The notes under the pieces: generated by a model | What the model was told of the DNA's origin: nothing | The model's database searches: none | The model's input: only the letters and a program-made list of their open reading frames with translations | In this document: positions 18,259 to 29,031 of the stretch, one piece after another | Layout: every line of letters begins with the position of its first letter | Position numbering within the stretch: the first letter of the stretch is position 1 | Assembly: GCA_013151255.1 (NCBI GenBank) | Contig: JAADIQ010000120.1 | Span: 20,894 to 84,893, forward strand | Origin: Alphaproteobacteria bacterium | GTDB lineage: Bacteria > Pseudomonadota > Alphaproteobacteria > Caulobacterales > Parvularculaceae | Length of the DNA stretch: 64,000 nucleotides | Reading direction: 5' to 3' | Made by a program: the position numbers and the translations under genes

Positions 18259-19248
18259 TCAAACCGGTTTCAGCAGTTGTTTGTGTTGCATCCAGTCAAG
18301 TGTTTTCGCCATCGCAGCGTCAACATCGCCCGCCGCCCAGCCGAGCTCGCGGCGCGCTTTTTCGCTGGAGAATGAAACCTGCCTGCCGGCCAGGCGCACG
18401 CCGGTCAACGGCGCCTTTGGCGGCTTGCCGGTAATGGCGGCGATCAGCCTGGTGTCAATCACCCCGGCGGCGAGCGCGACAGCGTAGGGCATCCGGGTTT
18501 TCGGCATCGCCCGTCCGGTCAGCTTTTCCAGCCTGTCGAGAAGTTGTTTCATGGCAATGTTTTCACCACCAAGCAGATAACGCTCTCCGACCTTGCCTTT
18601 GTCGCGAGCGGCGATCAGCCCTTCGGCCAGACTTTCAACGGGAACAAAATTCAAGATGCAATCGATGTAAGCGGGGGTGGCGCCATTGGCGAAGTCGAGG
18701 ATCATTTTCGTCGGAGGCGTCAGGCTGTCGTCGCCCGGCCCCAGCGGTTCAGTCGGCAGCGCAATGACCGCGTCCAGCCCCTCGCCCACCGCCGCCTCGA
18801 CGATGCGCTCCGCCGCCAGCTTTGAGCGCGGATAGGGCCCAAGCATATCGTCAGGGGCAAGCCGCACGGTTTCATCGGCAGTAGACAGACCGATGGGCGT
18901 CGCGCGCCCAACCAGCGTCGTCAGGCTCGAACAATGGACAAGGCGGCGGACGCCAGCCTTCATTACCGCACCAACAACAAGCTCCGTTCCAAGACGATTG
19001 ACGCGGTCAAAGACGCCCGCATCACGCGTCCAAAGCTGGGCGTTGCCCGCGAGATGAAACACCGTTGCAACACCGGTCATGGCGCTGTGCAAAGCGTCGA
19101 TATCAGTGATGGAGCCCTGCACATCATCCGGATGCACAGCAGCAGCAATATCGAAACTGCGCACGGTCTCGCCGCACGCCCGCAAACTTTCGACTAGCTG
19201 CTTGCCGACAAAGCCGGCGCCGCCAGTGACCAGCGTAATACCACTCAC
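18259..19248 (-). CDS. NAD-dependent epimerase/reductase, HpnA/dihydroflavonol-reductase-like
   Basis: TGGAGFVG, VFHLAG, YPRSK (YxxxK), GPGD and GERYLLGGEN motifs. GTG start overlaps the upstream TGA. Confidence 0.85.
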   Translation of the reverse strand: MSGITLVTGGAGFVGKQLVESLRACGETVRSFDIAAAVHPDDVQGSITDIDALHSAMTGVATVFHLAGNAQLWTRDAGVFDRVNRLGTELVVGAVMKAGVRRLVHCSSLTTLVGRATPIGLSTADETVRLAPDDMLGPYPRSKLAAERIVEAAVGEGLDAVIALPTEPLGPGDDSLTPPTKMILDFANGATPAYIDCILNFVPVESLAEGLIAARDKGKVGERYLLGGENIAMKQLLDRLEKLTGRAMPKTRMPYAVALAAGVIDTRLIAAITGKPPKAPLTGVRLAGRQVSFSSEKARRELGWAAGDVDAAMAKTLDWMQHKQLLKPV

Positions 19249-20324
19249 GCTAGCGCCCGGCAGACCAACAGGCCCTCATCGGTGACCGATCCAGCGACCA
19301 ACCCGTCCGGGGTTTGCACCGCCACCGTCGCGGCGCTGAACAGTTTGCCCGACGGGTCGTCAAAGAGGATTTGCAGCGCGCCGGTTTTTGAGTTCGCCTT
19401 AACGATCCGCGACGGCGCCTTGCCGATGCCAAGCTTGCGGTTGAGCGCCAGGCGCACCATCGACGGATGCACCGCCGCAACGATGCCGCCATCATCGGCT
19501 AAGGTCAAATTATCAGGACCGCCAGGCAGTTTGATACGCACCTTCTCCTCCAGCACGCCAGACTGTTCCATCAGGAAAATCAACGCGTTCTCACGCGTCG
19601 CCGCGACCACCACCTCGCCGCTCAAAGTTTGAGCAAGCCCATTGGCAAAAGCCGCACGCTCAAAAAGCCGGGCGCCGCTACCGTCGACAACGCCGCTGCG
19701 CTTCATGCGGAAGATATCCTCCACGCCGGCCATCCAGTTGCAGGCGTTATGGTCAAAGCTGGTATAAGTCCCGCGGGACGTCGCTAAAACATCATTGGCG
19801 TTGCAGGGAACGCTGTCTTTTTCCGCCACCACCAAGGCGCCGCCGGCGCCAATACGCTGCAAATGCGGCTCCATCTTCCATCCGCGTCCGGAGCGATGAT
19901 AGGCGCGGTTGATAAAGACTAACTCGCGGTTCGCCGGATCATAAGAAATTCCATGCGGCCGGAGCCCACCGGCGATTTCGCCGGGCGCAATCAACGGCTT
20001 TGCTTTGACGGACGCAGTCTCGACTGCAAATATCTCCGGCAACGAAACCTCATAGACGCCGCCTTCGGGTATTTTGCGGTTGCGCTTTCGCGCCGCACGC
20101 TCAACGCTGCGACGATTATAGACCGATACAAATAACCGGCCGGCGGCGGGCTCGATGGCGAAATCTTCCGCGCCGCGCAACTTCGCGCCGGTGACGGCGT
20201 CAACCAGCGCCACCCGACGGCATTGCGCATCGGAATATTGCGCCGGACCGATTTGCGCCCGCCCGCAAGCGCTGAGCGCGCCGAGCCCCAAGGCAACCAG
20301 AAATTTAAGCCGCCGTCTCCGCAT
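19245..20324 (-). CDS. Paraoxonase/arylesterase-like six-bladed beta-propeller lipoprotein
   Basis: GAEDF, LRPHGIS, NANDV, FANG and GPDNL are PON-type Ca-binding motifs. Signal MRRRRLKFLVALGLGALSAC carries a lipobox. Confidence 0.75.
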   Translation of the reverse strand: MRRRRLKFLVALGLGALSACGRAQIGPAQYSDAQCRRVALVDAVTGAKLRGAEDFAIEPAAGRLFVSVYNRRSVERAARKRNRKIPEGGVYEVSLPEIFAVETASVKAKPLIAPGEIAGGLRPHGISYDPANRELVFINRAYHRSGRGWKMEPHLQRIGAGGALVVAEKDSVPCNANDVLATSRGTYTSFDHNACNWMAGVEDIFRMKRSGVVDGSGARLFERAAFANGLAQTLSGEVVVAATRENALIFLMEQSGVLEEKVRIKLPGGPDNLTLADDGGIVAAVHPSMVRLALNRKLGIGKAPSRIVKANSKTGALQILFDDPSGKLFSAATVAVQTPDGLVAGSVTDEGLLVCRALA

Positions 20325-21438
20325 CCCGCGTCCCCTCGCCGCTTTGCGTGTCCTCGCCACCGGGACGGTCATAGCCCCATTTTTCAATCCAGTGGCCAAG
20401 CCGCGCTTCAACTTTCGCCGCCGCGTCATCGCTATAATCGAATTTATTCTTCTCAAAGCTTTTCACCGAAGCAAGATAACGCTCAAACGCGCCGCGGCTG
20501 GTCTCAAATCCTGGCAGCCCCAAGGCTCCATAGATTTTCTCAACCGCTTGCATGGGGCTCGCGTCAAGCTCGTCATAACGCAGCTCAACCAGCTGTTCAG
20601 AAGACACCGATTGCACATCACTCTCATAGGCGCGCATCATCCGGTCATAGACCGACAAAACCGTCTCATCGATATCGACATGGTCATAGCTCTGGAGCGC
20701 CAGCTCCTTCAAGAGTTTGGTGTAAAAATTCCGCATCGAGACGAATACGTCATAAGGGTTGCGGTGAATGTGGACAAATTTGGCGCCCGGAAACATCTCG
20801 CGCAACATCGCCAGCCTTCCGGTATAGACCGGGTTTTTAATCAGCAGCGGCTTTTCGCCCTGATGCAGATAAAGCTTGCGCAGGAAATACGTAAACTGTT
20901 TGCGCCAGCCGCGAATATCCGCCGTTGAACATCCGTCGAAAAACAGCCCGCGCTGAACATTTTCAGCGAAGGCGCGCGGAAAATAGATGCCGTGATAGAA
21001 CGAGACATCAGACATATTGGCGATGGCGATTTCATCTTCTTGCGGGCTGTCCGGGCGGACCGGAATATTGTCGATATAACGATGCTCGGGAAGCGCGCGC
21101 TCCAGCAACGGATTGAAGACTTTGGCGAGACCAAACAAATCCCAGGGCAGCCCCGTCGCCACCGGCGGCACGAAACCCCAGGCGCCGCTCTGGCACATGA
21201 TGTTGTAGAGATGGGTCGTGCCCGAGCGCCAATGGCCAAGGATGAAAACCGGCGCCGGCATATCCTCAAGCGACGGCAGGCGGCGCTCCATCGCCAGCTT
21301 CTCCGCGGTTGAAAACGGCCAGCGCACGGCCGACGCCAGGCCGACAAGCGCGCCCTCGCCGACCCGGTCCGGCAGGCCCGAGCGTCCGACCACCGTCGCC
21401 AGCGTTGCGAGATTGGCTCCACATAAGGGATGCGCCAT
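20305..21438 (-). CDS. PAPS-dependent sulfotransferase (Sulfotransfer_3-type)
   Basis: 5'-PSB loop FILGHWRSGTTHL, LLIKNP, and 3'-PB motif IHRNPYDVFVS. Confidence 0.9.
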   Translation of the reverse strand: MAHPLCGANLATLATVVGRSGLPDRVGEGALVGLASAVRWPFSTAEKLAMERRLPSLEDMPAPVFILGHWRSGTTHLYNIMCQSGAWGFVPPVATGLPWDLFGLAKVFNPLLERALPEHRYIDNIPVRPDSPQEDEIAIANMSDVSFYHGIYFPRAFAENVQRGLFFDGCSTADIRGWRKQFTYFLRKLYLHQGEKPLLIKNPVYTGRLAMLREMFPGAKFVHIHRNPYDVFVSMRNFYTKLLKELALQSYDHVDIDETVLSVYDRMMRAYESDVQSVSSEQLVELRYDELDASPMQAVEKIYGALGLPGFETSRGAFERYLASVKSFEKNKFDYSDDAAAKVEARLGHWIEKWGYDRPGGEDTQSGEGTRDAETAA

Positions 21439-21676
21439 GAAATTGCCTGCCGTTTTAATCGCCTTAACAAAGCGTAGGATTTAGCGCACTCACCGGCGCT
21501 TTGCCAACGCCATCAACGCCGTTTCCACCAGTATTTTCAGGGCAGCGCGCCATAAAATCAGCCAATTTGAAGCCTAAGGTTAACAAAGCTGTGAGACCTT
21601 GGGCAAAGCCGAGGCGGAGCGGCGCCAGCCTTTTCCTGAAAAGCGCCGAAAGCCCCGCTGCCGGCAAGGGTACGTA

Positions 21677-23455
21677 GTGTCAGCGAGCAGTTCCTTGAGA
21701 TTATCCCAGTTTCTCATTCTTGCGACGAGTTTTGCCGGGATTGTGCTCAGCCTCGGCCCCGCGCCGGCGCTTGCCGAGCAGAGCTATACGGTGAGGTTTG
21801 AAGGCGCGCCGGATGGGTTAAAAGATAAACTCAAGCTGATTTCCACGCTCGAAAAAGGCGTGCGTGATTACCCGACCGCAGCGGCGCTGCGCCGCGCCGC
21901 CCTGCGCGATATCAAAGCGCTCGACGATGCGTTGCAGGCGGCCGGATATTACAACGGCCGCACAAGCTTTGAGCTGGAACCGGGCGTTAGCACTCAAAAG
22001 CCGGTGGTGGTGTTTACAATTGAGCCCGGCGCGCCGTTTCGAATAGTCGAATATGAAATCCTTTATGCCGATGAGCATGACGGTCGCCCGTTAAGCTTTA
22101 AAGAGGCTGGGATCACGCCCGATCATTCCGCCGCCGGCGCCGACTTACGCGATGCGCAACGTCAGTTTCTCAATTTCCTCTGGGAAAGCGGCTATCCGGC
22201 GGCGGAAGCTGCAAACCGGCGCGCTATCGCCAATCTTGACGAGAATACCGCGCATGCGGTTTTGACCTTCACGACCGGTCCGAAGGCGCGGTTTGGCGGT
22301 GTCCGGGCTAAGGGCTTGAAGAAAACCAACCCTAAATTTCTCAGCAAGTTGAAAACCTGGGAACTGGGCGATCAATATGAACGCTCCAAAATCGTTTCCT
22401 ATCGCGACCGGGTGGCGGCGACCGGATTGTTTTCCACTATCGAAGTCGCAGCCGGCGCGCCCGATGATGCCGGCGTTGCGCCAATCATCCTCAATGTCGA
22501 AGAACGCGCCCGCCGCACGCTCGGCGCCGGCGCCTCGTTTTCAACTGCCGAAGGCCCTGGCGGCCGACTGTTCTTTGAACACCGCAATATCTTCGGCAAG
22601 GGCGAGAATTTTCGCGTCGTTGCGCGCGGCTCATCCATCGAGCAATCGCTGGATTTTTCGTTGAACAAACCCTTGCCTTCGCTTCCCGGCCACGCCTTCA
22701 GCAATTTTGAGTTTTCAAACGAGACGACGGAAGCCTTTAACGCACGATCAATTCGCGTTTCCGGCGGCATCGCCAAACGCTGGTTCGGCCGCAAGCTGGA
22801 GACCCGCGGCTCGGTAGCGCTGGAGACATCCAATATTGAAGCCGACGGCACGGAGGAGCGAACCTATTTAATCTCCGCGCCTTTATCGGTGTTGTGGAAT
22901 TCCGAAAACGACCTCCTCGGGCCAACCTCTGGCGTGCGCACGGGCATCGTTGTGACGCCCTATTCCGGCTCGCAGACTTTCACGCAGGCCAAGTGGACGG
23001 CGCGCTCGCGCGTGACGTTCGGCGAAGACGACCGTTTTACAATCGCAGGGCGCAGCGTTCTCGGCGCGACTTTCGCAAGCGCGTTTGATGGTCTGCCGCT
23101 CAACAAACGGTTTTTCGCCGGCGGCGGCGGGTCGGTGCGCGGATATGGCTTTCAGGAGGCCGGCCCGCTCGATGGCGAGAACGCGCCCATAGGCGGGCGT
23201 TCATTAATCGAAGGCGCGGTTGAGTTACGCGGCAAAGTCTCCTCCAATATACAACTTGCCGGATTTGTCGACACCGGCTCGGTATCAAGTTCAAACCTGC
23301 CTGACTTTAACGAGAAATTCTTTATCGGTTATGGCGGCGGCGTGCGCTATCTCTCCGCCATCGGCCCGGTCCGGCTCGACGTCGCCTTCCCGCTCGACAA
23401 ACGCGAAAGCGACAGCGGCTATCAATTATACATTGCGCTGGGACAACCGTTCTGA
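21677..23455 (+). CDS. tamA: Translocation and assembly module outer-membrane protein
   Basis: POTRA-like repeats followed by an Omp85 barrel (AGGGGSVRGY, GPVRLDVAFP, C-terminal YIALGQPF). Followed by tamB. GTG start inferred. Confidence 0.9.
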   Translation: MSASSSLRLSQFLILATSFAGIVLSLGPAPALAEQSYTVRFEGAPDGLKDKLKLISTLEKGVRDYPTAAALRRAALRDIKALDDALQAAGYYNGRTSFELEPGVSTQKPVVVFTIEPGAPFRIVEYEILYADEHDGRPLSFKEAGITPDHSAAGADLRDAQRQFLNFLWESGYPAAEAANRRAIANLDENTAHAVLTFTTGPKARFGGVRAKGLKKTNPKFLSKLKTWELGDQYERSKIVSYRDRVAATGLFSTIEVAAGAPDDAGVAPIILNVEERARRTLGAGASFSTAEGPGGRLFFEHRNIFGKGENFRVVARGSSIEQSLDFSLNKPLPSLPGHAFSNFEFSNETTEAFNARSIRVSGGIAKRWFGRKLETRGSVALETSNIEADGTEERTYLISAPLSVLWNSENDLLGPTSGVRTGIVVTPYSGSQTFTQAKWTARSRVTFGEDDRFTIAGRSVLGATFASAFDGLPLNKRFFAGGGGSVRGYGFQEAGPLDGENAPIGGRSLIEGAVELRGKVSSNIQLAGFVDTGSVSSSNLPDFNEKFFIGYGGGVRYLSAIGPVRLDVAFPLDKRESDSGYQLYIALGQPF

Positions 23456-26400
23456 TGAAGCGTACACTGATTATAACCAGCTTGACGCTTATCGCGATTG
23501 TCACCGTCGCAGGCGCCGGCCTATGGGGTTTGTTGAACACCGATACCGGGCGGCGCATCATTATCGCGCAGGCGGAAACAGCAATTGCCGGCGCAGTTGG
23601 CGGAACTGCAAAAATTGGCGCGCTCAAGGGCGCCCTGCCCGGAGAGATTATTCTACAAACCATTGTCCTCAGCGATGAAAGCGGGCCCTGGGCGACAATT
23701 GACGCGCTCAATATCGAGCTACGCCCGTTCAAACTGTTGCGTGGACAGGTTGATATTCAAAACCTCGACATCACATCAGCCCATCTCCTGCGCAAACCGC
23801 CGGCAAGAGAACGGCCTGAAACTGAAGCGCCGTTGACCTTCTCATTGAAGCTGCCAAACAACTTGCCGGATATAACAATCGCCAAGTTCAGCCTGGTTAA
23901 TTTCCAAAGCGACCTCGGCAATGAACCGCTTCGTCTCGACGGTGCCGGTAATCTGGATATCGGCGGCCGCGATATCGCCGCCAATATTAAAATCACCAGT
24001 AAAAATAATCTCGACACCATCGATGCCGCGATAGATTTACAACGCAATACCGGCCAAGCGTTTTTAGATATCAATGTCGCGGCGGCGGAAGGCGGCATAA
24101 TCGCGACGCTCGCCGCCGCCGACGGGCCTATTGATCTCAGCCTGAAAGGCGGCGGCCCGATCAACGCCGCGCAATTTTCCATCGACACTGCCATTGGCGC
24201 TTATGGAGAGCTGACGGCGAGCCTATCTGGCGATCTCGAAAAGATCGTGACCGCTGACCTCGCCGGCCAATTCACGCCGGGACGGGCGCTTGGCGATATC
24301 GAGGAACTCGCTCAGCCGGTGGCTTTTGATCTGCGCATCGATGAGCGCGGCAAGGGCGGCGTTATTACCATCAACCGCCTCACCAGCGCCATTGGCCACA
24401 TGACCGGAACTGCGGAATGGAAAGGCGCATCCGGCGCGCTTAAAAACCTCTCGCTGGATTTGCGCACCGTCTTCGCAGAAAACTATCGCCCGAACCTGCG
24501 AGGCTATCTCGGTGAAGACGCCGCCATTGCCGCCAACATCGAACGCAAGCGCGGCGCCTTTGCAGTCGATGGAAGTTTCACAAGCAACACTCTAACGTTT
24601 GAAATCCGCAAAGGCAAAACCGACCTTCGGAAACAATTTACAGGCGAGGTCAGCGCTGAGATTGGCGCTATGGAACAATTCAGTTTCCTGAACGCCAAAG
24701 CAAAGCTCACCGGAGTGGTTACTGCCGATCTCAACGATAAGATCGATGTTCAAAAATTGAGCGTTATGCTTGACGACGGATCATCGCTTGGCGGGGCCGG
24801 ATTTTTTGTTTTCAACACCCAGGAGGTCGCTTTCGCTGGCGACCTCCTTGCCACGCCTACACTCATCTCCTCTTTCCTGGCGCCGATAAACCTCACCGCC
24901 AATACCCATAGCGAAATTGATATCACGGGGACGCTCGACCAGTTCACCCTTACCGCGGCCATCAAAACGCCGGCCGCGGAAGTGAACAACGCACCAGCGC
25001 CGCCGTTGTTGATCGACATCGCCCTCGCCGGGCTGCCTTCAAGGCCGACCGGCGAGGTCATAGCGCGGGCGCCTGGCGGTGAAGGACAATTTAAGGCGGT
25101 GTTGCGTTCCTCCGAAGACGGACGGATTTCCGTTCCGGAACTGGACTACCGGTCTGAAACCTTCACCTTGACCGGTTCGGGCGCCTATCGGCCCGAGGCG
25201 CAAGCGCTTGATATCGCTCTTGCCTATTCCGGCCAGGCTAACGCCGAACCCTGGCCGGGCCTCCCGCTTGTGGGTGATTTTAAAGCCCGAGGCGCTCTTG
25301 CCATGTCCGGCGAAGAGACCCGCTTTATCCTGACGTCCCAAAGGCTTGTCTCTGAAAGTTTTGGCATGTCCGGCTTACTCCTCACCGCAGAGGGGGCGCC
25401 GGATGCAGTAAGCTTGGGCGCTACTGTCAAACGCCTGACAACACCGCCAACCGGCATGGTGCAAGACTTCTCCGTCAACGCCAAACTGGATATTCGCGAT
25501 GCGCTTGGCGTCACCCTGACGCAGATCAGCGGACTGGTTGCAAACACCACATTTTCGCTGCGTGCACCCAGCAAAATCCAACTTAAAGACGGCGTTAGCG
25601 TCGACAATTTTCGCCTCAATTGGGGCAGCGCCGGGCGCATCGCGCTTGATGGCGCGTTCTCGCCAACCCGCTGGCGGGCCGACATCAGGCTTAGCGATGT
25701 CAATGTGCCGGGCGCAGACGGCGTCGCCAGCGCGACAATCTATCTCGATACGGATGAACCCATTCCCGCGCGCGGCGCGCTCGAAATGCGCTCTCTTCTG
25801 GTCGACAATCTTACCGACGCAATAAAAACCGGGTTTGTCTGGAACGGCAAGGCGGTGATCGTCCAGAGCGCGGCCGATGAAGACCATCTCGATATGCGTA
25901 TTTCCTACCCCGCCCTGCTAACGAAGGCGCCAGCGCTCAGTATCAACACCGAAGGCGCGCTGGACGGTTATATCCGCTATGACGGGCCGATTGGCCCGGT
26001 CGCCGCCTATCTGCCGCCGGCGCTGCAAACGCTGGAAGGCGATCTTGCCGCTAATTTCAAGCTCAGCGGCTCGCCAGCGGACCCGGCGCTTTCCGGCCAG
26101 GCAAAAGTCACGGACGGCGCCTATACCGAGCTGCGCACTGGCCTGTCGATCATCGGCGTACACACCGAGGCGACGGCGTCCTATGGCGCCGCCGGCAGCC
26201 AAGTTCGTTTTTCAGGCGGCGCGCGCGGCGCAGACCAGAGCGGAGACGATACAATTACGCTGGATGGAGAATTAGCGCTCACCGATGAACCCCGGCTTGA
26301 TTTGCGCATAAATTTTGACAATGCCGAGTTGTCAGCCCATCCGGTCAGCCGGCTGCGTGCAAGCGGCGAAGTCAACATCGCCGGCCCGTTGGACGCGCTC

Positions 26401-27264
26401 GCCGCCAACGGCTCAATCCAGATTGCAGAACTCAGCGCTGAAATCGTCACGCCGGAAAATACCGGCCTGGTCCCGATTGAGGTGGTCTCGCATGCGGGCG
26501 AGGAAACGCATTTCATTACCACAAGCAAAGCCATGACGCAGGCGCCGATTGATCTCGACTTTAAAATCGACGCCGACGACCGCATTTTTATTCGCGGGCG
26601 CGGACTGGAAAGCGAGTGGTCAGCAAGCATCACTGCGGCAACTGAGAAACAAGCCGCGTTAATCCTTGGACGGATGAAGCTTCGCCGGGGCTGGCTAGAT
26701 TTTTCCGGGCGGCGTTTTAACCTCACCCGCGGAGAGATTACATTCGACCGGCTTTCTCCCAACAACCCGCTGCTCAATATCCGCGCCGAATATCAAACCA
26801 GCGACGGCGTGACGGCGATCATCGCCGTTTCCGGGCGCGCCGACGAGCCGAAGATTACCCTCACCGCCAATCCGCCATCGTCCTCGAACGACATCATGGC
26901 GCTTATTTTGTTTGGCAAACCGGCCGATCAGCTCTCGGCGCTGGAATCTTTACAAGCCGCGCAAGCGCTAGCCTCGCTCGGCGGCATCGGACCATTTGGC
27001 GGCGCCGGCTTTGCTGGCTCCTTGCGGCGTTCAACCGGCCTTGATCTCCTCAACTTCGATCTCGATCCGGATAAGGGCGGCGGCTCACTCACGGTCGGAA
27101 AATATGTCGCCGACGGCCTGTTCGTCACCGCAACGCAAGACGCCCAAGGCGACAATGGGTCGGTCCGGGTCCAATATGAAATCACCGACAACATCACGGT
27201 GGAAACCGAGGTCAAGCAGGATGGCAATCAGACGGTGTCCGCTAACTGGAAGCGGGATTTTTAA
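23455..27264 (+). CDS. tamB: Translocation and assembly module TamB
   Basis: 1269 aa, N-terminal TM, beta-taco repeats, and a DUF490-like C-terminus (RGRGLESEW, VGKYV, WKRDF). Confidence 0.9.
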   Translation: MKRTLIITSLTLIAIVTVAGAGLWGLLNTDTGRRIIIAQAETAIAGAVGGTAKIGALKGALPGEIILQTIVLSDESGPWATIDALNIELRPFKLLRGQVDIQNLDITSAHLLRKPPARERPETEAPLTFSLKLPNNLPDITIAKFSLVNFQSDLGNEPLRLDGAGNLDIGGRDIAANIKITSKNNLDTIDAAIDLQRNTGQAFLDINVAAAEGGIIATLAAADGPIDLSLKGGGPINAAQFSIDTAIGAYGELTASLSGDLEKIVTADLAGQFTPGRALGDIEELAQPVAFDLRIDERGKGGVITINRLTSAIGHMTGTAEWKGASGALKNLSLDLRTVFAENYRPNLRGYLGEDAAIAANIERKRGAFAVDGSFTSNTLTFEIRKGKTDLRKQFTGEVSAEIGAMEQFSFLNAKAKLTGVVTADLNDKIDVQKLSVMLDDGSSLGGAGFFVFNTQEVAFAGDLLATPTLISSFLAPINLTANTHSEIDITGTLDQFTLTAAIKTPAAEVNNAPAPPLLIDIALAGLPSRPTGEVIARAPGGEGQFKAVLRSSEDGRISVPELDYRSETFTLTGSGAYRPEAQALDIALAYSGQANAEPWPGLPLVGDFKARGALAMSGEETRFILTSQRLVSESFGMSGLLLTAEGAPDAVSLGATVKRLTTPPTGMVQDFSVNAKLDIRDALGVTLTQISGLVANTTFSLRAPSKIQLKDGVSVDNFRLNWGSAGRIALDGAFSPTRWRADIRLSDVNVPGADGVASATIYLDTDEPIPARGALEMRSLLVDNLTDAIKTGFVWNGKAVIVQSAADEDHLDMRISYPALLTKAPALSINTEGALDGYIRYDGPIGPVAAYLPPALQTLEGDLAANFKLSGSPADPALSGQAKVTDGAYTELRTGLSIIGVHTEATASYGAAGSQVRFSGGARGADQSGDDTITLDGELALTDEPRLDLRINFDNAELSAHPVSRLRASGEVNIAGPLDALAANGSIQIAELSAEIVTPENTGLVPIEVVSHAGEETHFITTSKAMTQAPIDLDFKIDADDRIFIRGRGLESEWSASITAATEKQAALILGRMKLRRGWLDFSGRRFNLTRGEITFDRLSPNNPLLNIRAEYQTSDGVTAIIAVSGRADEPKITLTANPPSSSNDIMALILFGKPADQLSALESLQAAQALASLGGIGPFGGAGFAGSLRRSTGLDLLNFDLDPDKGGGSLTVGKYVADGLFVTATQDAQGDNGSVRVQYEITDNITVETEVKQDGNQTVSANWKRDF

Positions 27265-27315
27265 CCTGACACATGTAGGCAATTTGGTTAAGCTTACCCG
27301 CAATCGCGCCGAGCG

Positions 27316-29031
27316 CTATTCAATCTCAGGCAACAGCATCCTTTGCGCGCGCCATTGCTCGACGATGCGCTCGATGAAGCTGTCATCGTCCATCTCAACT
27401 GACCACCCGTCGGAGAAACTCGCCATCAACGAGCGCGGCACAGCGCTACTCGGCAGCGCATCAAAACGAATGCGCGTCGGCATCGGCACGCCTTCGCCCA
27501 CCGCAATCGCTTCGCCAAGCCCGAGCGACGGCAGACAGCTGAGCAGGCTGGTCGATGCGTCGGGGACAGCCGCGCGCAACGCCTCCTGGTCGGCCTGGTT
27601 GGCGAGGCGCATCGCAAAGATGGTATTGCACTGGGACAGGACCATCGGGTCAAGCTCGGTCGGGCGTTGTGAGGCGACCCACAGCGAAACGCCAACCTTG
27701 CGGCCTTCCTTGGCCAGACGGATTAAGGAACGCCGGGTCGGCCCAAAACCTTCCTTAGGATCGGCGGGCGCATAGCGGTGCGCGTCCTCACAAACCAGCG
27801 CGATCGGCGCTGCGCCATTGCTCCACAAGCCAAACTCAAACGCCAGCCGCGAGACCACCGAGACCACAACCTGCACCACTTCCGTCGGCAAGCCGCCAAG
27901 CTCAATGACGCTGACCGGCCGGCCATTAACAGGGATGCGAAACAACTCGCCCAACAGTTCGGCGAGATTGTCCTGCACCGTCAGGCTACCGAACATGAAC
28001 GCATAACGCGCATCCTGACTGATTGTCGCGATGCGGTTTTTTAAGCGTTTAAACGGCGTCGTGTTGCGCGTCCCATCAAGACCGCCCAACGCCTTGTCGA
28101 TCAGTGTCGACAGTTCTGAAATCCGGTACGGCGTCGGCGTATCGACGGTAATCGCCGCCACATCGGTGCGGATATGCGCCGCCCGCGAGGCGCCGGAGAG
28201 GTTCATCTTCTTCGCCGCCGGCACCAAATCCGCCAGAATTTCAATTTCCTCGGCGTAACCGCTCCTGCCTGGAAATAAAACCTCAACCAGCTCGTCAAAT
28301 GTCAACATCCAGTAGGGCAGCGTAAACGTCGTCGGGTCGAAAACCACGGCGCGGTCCTCAAAGCTTTTGGAATACTCGTTATGCGGATCGAGGATGACGA
28401 TATGCCCATTTGGAAACCGTTCCAGAACGGCGCGCAACAACAACGCAACCGCGCAGGACTTGCCAGCACCGGTGGTGCCGAGAATGGCGCAATGGCGCGA
28501 GAACACTTCATCGACATTGACCGTCGCCGGGATTTGCGCATCTTGCTTGACCGCACCGACGCGCACGCTTGAAAATCCGTTAATTGAAAACAGCGCCGTC
28601 AGCTCGTCGCGGGTCGCCACATGGACGCCGTCGCCAAGCGTCGGATAGGACGAGACCCCGCGCCGGAACCGCGCCGGCGCATTGATGGTCGGTTTGGTAA
28701 ACTCGCCGATTAGTTCAACTTCGACGATGCCCGTGGCCGCGCCCAGATTGTCATGCGACGGGGCCGGCACGCTCATCGCCGAGACCAACCCCAGGACAAC
28801 ACTTGACCCGGCGTCGATGCTCATGATGGCGCCAATTTGCGGGCGCGCCGCGCGGTCGTCAGCGGGTTTTCCTTCCGCCAGCATCACCAGCGCATGCGAG
28901 CCGGTGACCGAGACCACCGCGCCAACGCGTGGTTTTTCCTGGAACGCGCCGTCAAAGGCTTCCGCCGTCGGTGCGGCGGCGCCTTTGCGCATGATTGGCG
29001 CTTTGCGCACCCGGGCTTTAAGCGGCGTCAT
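27316..29031 (-). CDS. HerA/FtsK-like ATPase (DUF87) with an N-terminal HAS-barrel-like region
   Basis: Walker A HCAILGTTGAGKS, Walker B LVCEDAHRY, KEGRK and SQRP motifs. Start taken at MTPLKAR, overlapping the kinase stop. Confidence 0.85.
   Translation of the reverse strand: MTPLKARVRKAPIMRKGAAAPTAEAFDGAFQEKPRVGAVVSVTGSHALVMLAEGKPADDRAARPQIGAIMSIDAGSSVVLGLVSAMSVPAPSHDNLGAATGIVEVELIGEFTKPTINAPARFRRGVSSYPTLGDGVHVATRDELTALFSINGFSSVRVGAVKQDAQIPATVNVDEVFSRHCAILGTTGAGKSCAVALLLRAVLERFPNGHIVILDPHNEYSKSFEDRAVVFDPTTFTLPYWMLTFDELVEVLFPGRSGYAEEIEILADLVPAAKKMNLSGASRAAHIRTDVAAITVDTPTPYRISELSTLIDKALGGLDGTRNTTPFKRLKNRIATISQDARYAFMFGSLTVQDNLAELLGELFRIPVNGRPVSVIELGGLPTEVVQVVVSVVSRLAFEFGLWSNGAAPIALVCEDAHRYAPADPKEGFGPTRRSLIRLAKEGRKVGVSLWVASQRPTELDPMVLSQCNTIFAMRLANQADQEALRAAVPDASTSLLSCLPSLGLGEAIAVGEGVPMPTRIRFDALPSSAVPRSLMASFSDGWSVEMDDDSFIERIVEQWRAQRMLLPEIE

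Noticed and set aside
27316-29031. HerA-like ATPase as an anti-phage system (HerA-Sir2, HerA-NurA type)
   Set aside because: No nuclease, Sir2 or other effector is adjacent. Composition is host-like, and the context is a CtrA-type promoter and a kinase.
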